From contig NC_057729.1 in assembly GCF_004010195.1 (NCBI RefSeq), positions 31,404,544-31,468,543 of the forward strand: a stretch of DNA of 64,000 bases, read 5' to 3'. Shown one piece after another: positions 61,281 through 64,000 of this stretch (its first letter is position 1; each line of letters opens with the position of its first letter). The translations under genes and the position numbers were made by a program. Origin of the DNA: Chiloscyllium plagiosum. Lineage: Eukaryota. The notes beneath the pieces are model-generated. The model was not told the origin of the DNA. It ran no database searches and saw only the letters and a program-made list of their open reading frames with translations.

Positions 61281-64000
61281 TATGTTTCAGTTGTACCTAC
61301 AGATTTATATAAAAACAAAACTTATTCACCCAAGGCAGTACCTCTTGGATATTTTACAGTGATCATGAGACAATCTTCAGTTTATTTCAAGTTTAAATGC
61401 AACTTGGATCACGGTTTACACTAAGCATGATTTGAATTAAACATTTCATTTTGTTTTCTGATTACAATAGTCTCTTTTCTAAGGACTATTAGTGTTAGTT
61501 TGTTAAAAGTCAGGCGCATCATTTTACCAGTCACTGAACACAACAGACTTCCATACATGTTGGATTTCTACATTCTGTATATTGTTTAATGTGGCAGTAG
61601 TTTTATTGCTCTTTCTGCCCTTTTATTTTAGACATACTAGTCTGGATTAACAAATAATCCGATTACCACTTTCCAATCGCTACGCAGTTAAATGTAAAAT
61701 TTTACGCCTCCAACAATTCCAAACGTTTATGGTTTGGACAATCTGAGGTCTCAATTATCCACCCACAGCACGAAATTACTTCATCGGATGATCGGTGTTA
61801 AACTAAAACAAAACTAGCTTCAACGAAGCCTCTTGCATGTTTCCAATATTTCAATTCTACTAAACGGTAAAGAAATGTGTCGTTAATTTTCGGGGAATCA
61901 TTTCTCATGTAGAAGTCTCACTGCTGAAGCGGTTAATCCAGTTGGGTAAACGGATATTTGTCGAATAGAAACCCACCTGGATTTGGTCTCCAGTAAATGG
62001 GGACGTAGTTCCCCTCAATTCTGTGTTAGCTATTTAACAGCCTTCCAGATCCTTCCTATTACATGTAGAGAAAATGCATCTTTGCCACTCTTTAACTGGT
62101 TACAGCATGTAATCGACCTTCTTCATTCATACAGTTCTGCATAAAAGAGGACAAGCAAGTCCAGTTGATTCAAGTAGTCTGTGTCAGTGTTTATCCCGAG
62201 GCATCTTAAGCCTATCCTCACATTCCTTTATTACCTCCCTTTCATCTATTGAAACTAATTGCTCCTGGACGTGTCAATTAAAGACCTTTTGCTGTTGGGG
62301 GAATTCTACTTAAAACAGAGAAAATACTGGAATTTATTGTTCACTCTCATTTAAAAAAAAATAAAAGTGCCTCTTAACGTGTGAAAAGCTCTAAAGTATG
62401 TGCATGTAAAGGTAGCATAAATAAAGTCTAAAACTAAATACAGTTTTTTTTATACTTTAACACTTTCAGATATACATCTTGAAATGAGGATACATTTCCA
62501 ATTTAGGCTGCAATTACCAGGCTGAAGATTATTGTTGGCAATTGCAGATGAATGGGATAAGAATTTGCCTGGAGAAAGGAGAAAATAATTAAACTAAATA
62601 CAGATAATAAATTCATTTTCTAATGTCACCAATAGGAATATCTAAGCTAGACTACAAATATAGTCTTAGACTAATACCTGTGGAGTCTGACTACCAATGA
62701 GGGAATCAAATTCTACATTGATTGCATACATGCAGAGACTGCCCAGTCACTTTTAAAATCTAGTTTTGACTAGTTTGAAGTCATATTGCATTCAGTATGG
62801 ACTCCAACCTAATGAGACTAGCTCTTGGAGAAAGTCTTTATCTTCTCAGTTTTGTATGTTTTGGTCAGATTATTGACTTGACCCACAAGGTATGCTGACC
62901 TTCATGTTGCTACACATCTAATAAAGCCTTCTATTAGAGGTAGATCTGCATCTTTTTACTGCAAACTTGTCATATAGAAACAACATATTATGAATTGTGT
63001 GACATTTTAACATTTAAGTGAATTTGATGACATCATTATTTTAAAAACTCTGAGGCAGAATAATTGATCTCTGACACTTTGGTAAATGTAACTGACATTC
63101 ATTATAATAATTTTATTTATTTATGGATTTAAAGTGAATTATTTATTTTTTAGGATTAATGCAGTTAAAATATGACACTGATTTTTCTTAGCAATTTTCT
63201 TTTTGCCAATTTTCTCCGTGCCATCCCTGAAAGTAATAGTTCATGCTTCGATACAATGGTGCACACAGGAGTACATTTCAACAATAACAAACATACTTCA
63301 GGAACTCATTCAAATTGATATGCTCCTAATGTGAATTTAGATACTGAGTGAGGGTGCATTATTGGCTGATGGAAGGTACCACAACTGTCCTTCATCCAAT
63401 ATTTGTCATAAGAGATCATTAAAGAGCTAGAAGGAGGTGCAATGAATCCAGTCTTCTGTTTTTGATCACAAGGACACTAATGCCAAATACTAACCACCAG
63501 AACCATTGCAATTACTTATTCAGTACAGATGGGGATTAAATGAGAACCTGGTCTGTATAGGTTAGGCAGTAGATTTGAACCACTGAGGGGCAACAAAGCA
63601 TAATTGATGCTAGAACTCCCTCCAGAGGCGCTTATTAAATCACAAAGGAATACAGAGAGCCAGTGAACCCATATTTACCTAATTAACTTTACCTAATTAT
63701 TTACTACATTAACTTTTAATGCATGGTATAAACAGAATATTACATGAAGACCTTAGGGAAATAATTTATTTCACTTGACTGATGCTTATCATCAATCAGA
63801 ATGAATGGAATCAGTCAATTACCAAATCAGCAGGCACTTCAGATAGCTTCTCACTTGTCACTGTCTGTAAAATGCACTCATGGCTTTAGGTCTGACCCAA
63901 TGAATGAGTAACATGATTTAACTCTCTTGATGTCTGATTTTTCCGCAATAGGAGAACATTTTAAGAATTCAGGATTAATTGACAGAATGTGATGTAGACT

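Larger units (their letters stand above)
44640..62300. other. TE-poor, CpG-retaining domain around miR-124 (candidate unmethylated domain)
   Basis: By-eye CpG counts are about 4 per 600 bp at the window start versus about 20 per 400 bp near 53 kb, at broadly similar low GC. Only short SINE remnants were seen. Confidence 0.7.

Noticed and set aside
1-64000. ORF-track ORFs as host protein-coding genes
   Set aside because: All are 181 aa or shorter. Those with recognisable motifs are broken TE proteins; the rest show no domain or consistent exon structure.

Overview
Non-coding vertebrate genomic DNA, most likely from a cartilaginous fish (shark-like; inferred from an HE1/V-SINE-type element, abundant CR1 LINEs and Penelope-type repeats). 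No intact protein-coding gene was found; the short ORFs are TE remnants or chance. The window has two compartments. (1) About 1-44.5 kb is CpG-depleted and full of transposon remnants: CR1 LINEs, a Rex1/Babar LINE, tRNA-SINEs, a degraded endogenous retrovirus, an internally deleted Gypsy element, a truncated Penelope-like element (RT + GIY-YIG), and about 10 short Penelope-type terminal repeats. Many of these repeats carry minimal hammerhead ribozyme cores and fold-back inversions, and six have 12-17 bp target-site duplications. One has captured about 443 bp of nearby chromosomal DNA in inverted orientation between two hammerheads. (2) About 44.6-62.3 kb is TE-poor and retains CpG. It contains a miR-124 precursor (55683-55742) with well-placed Microprocessor motifs, a CRE/CCAAT/E-box/Otx-type promoter candidate and RE1/REST-like sites. 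All coordinates, identities and family names were read by eye; no database search or folding was run.
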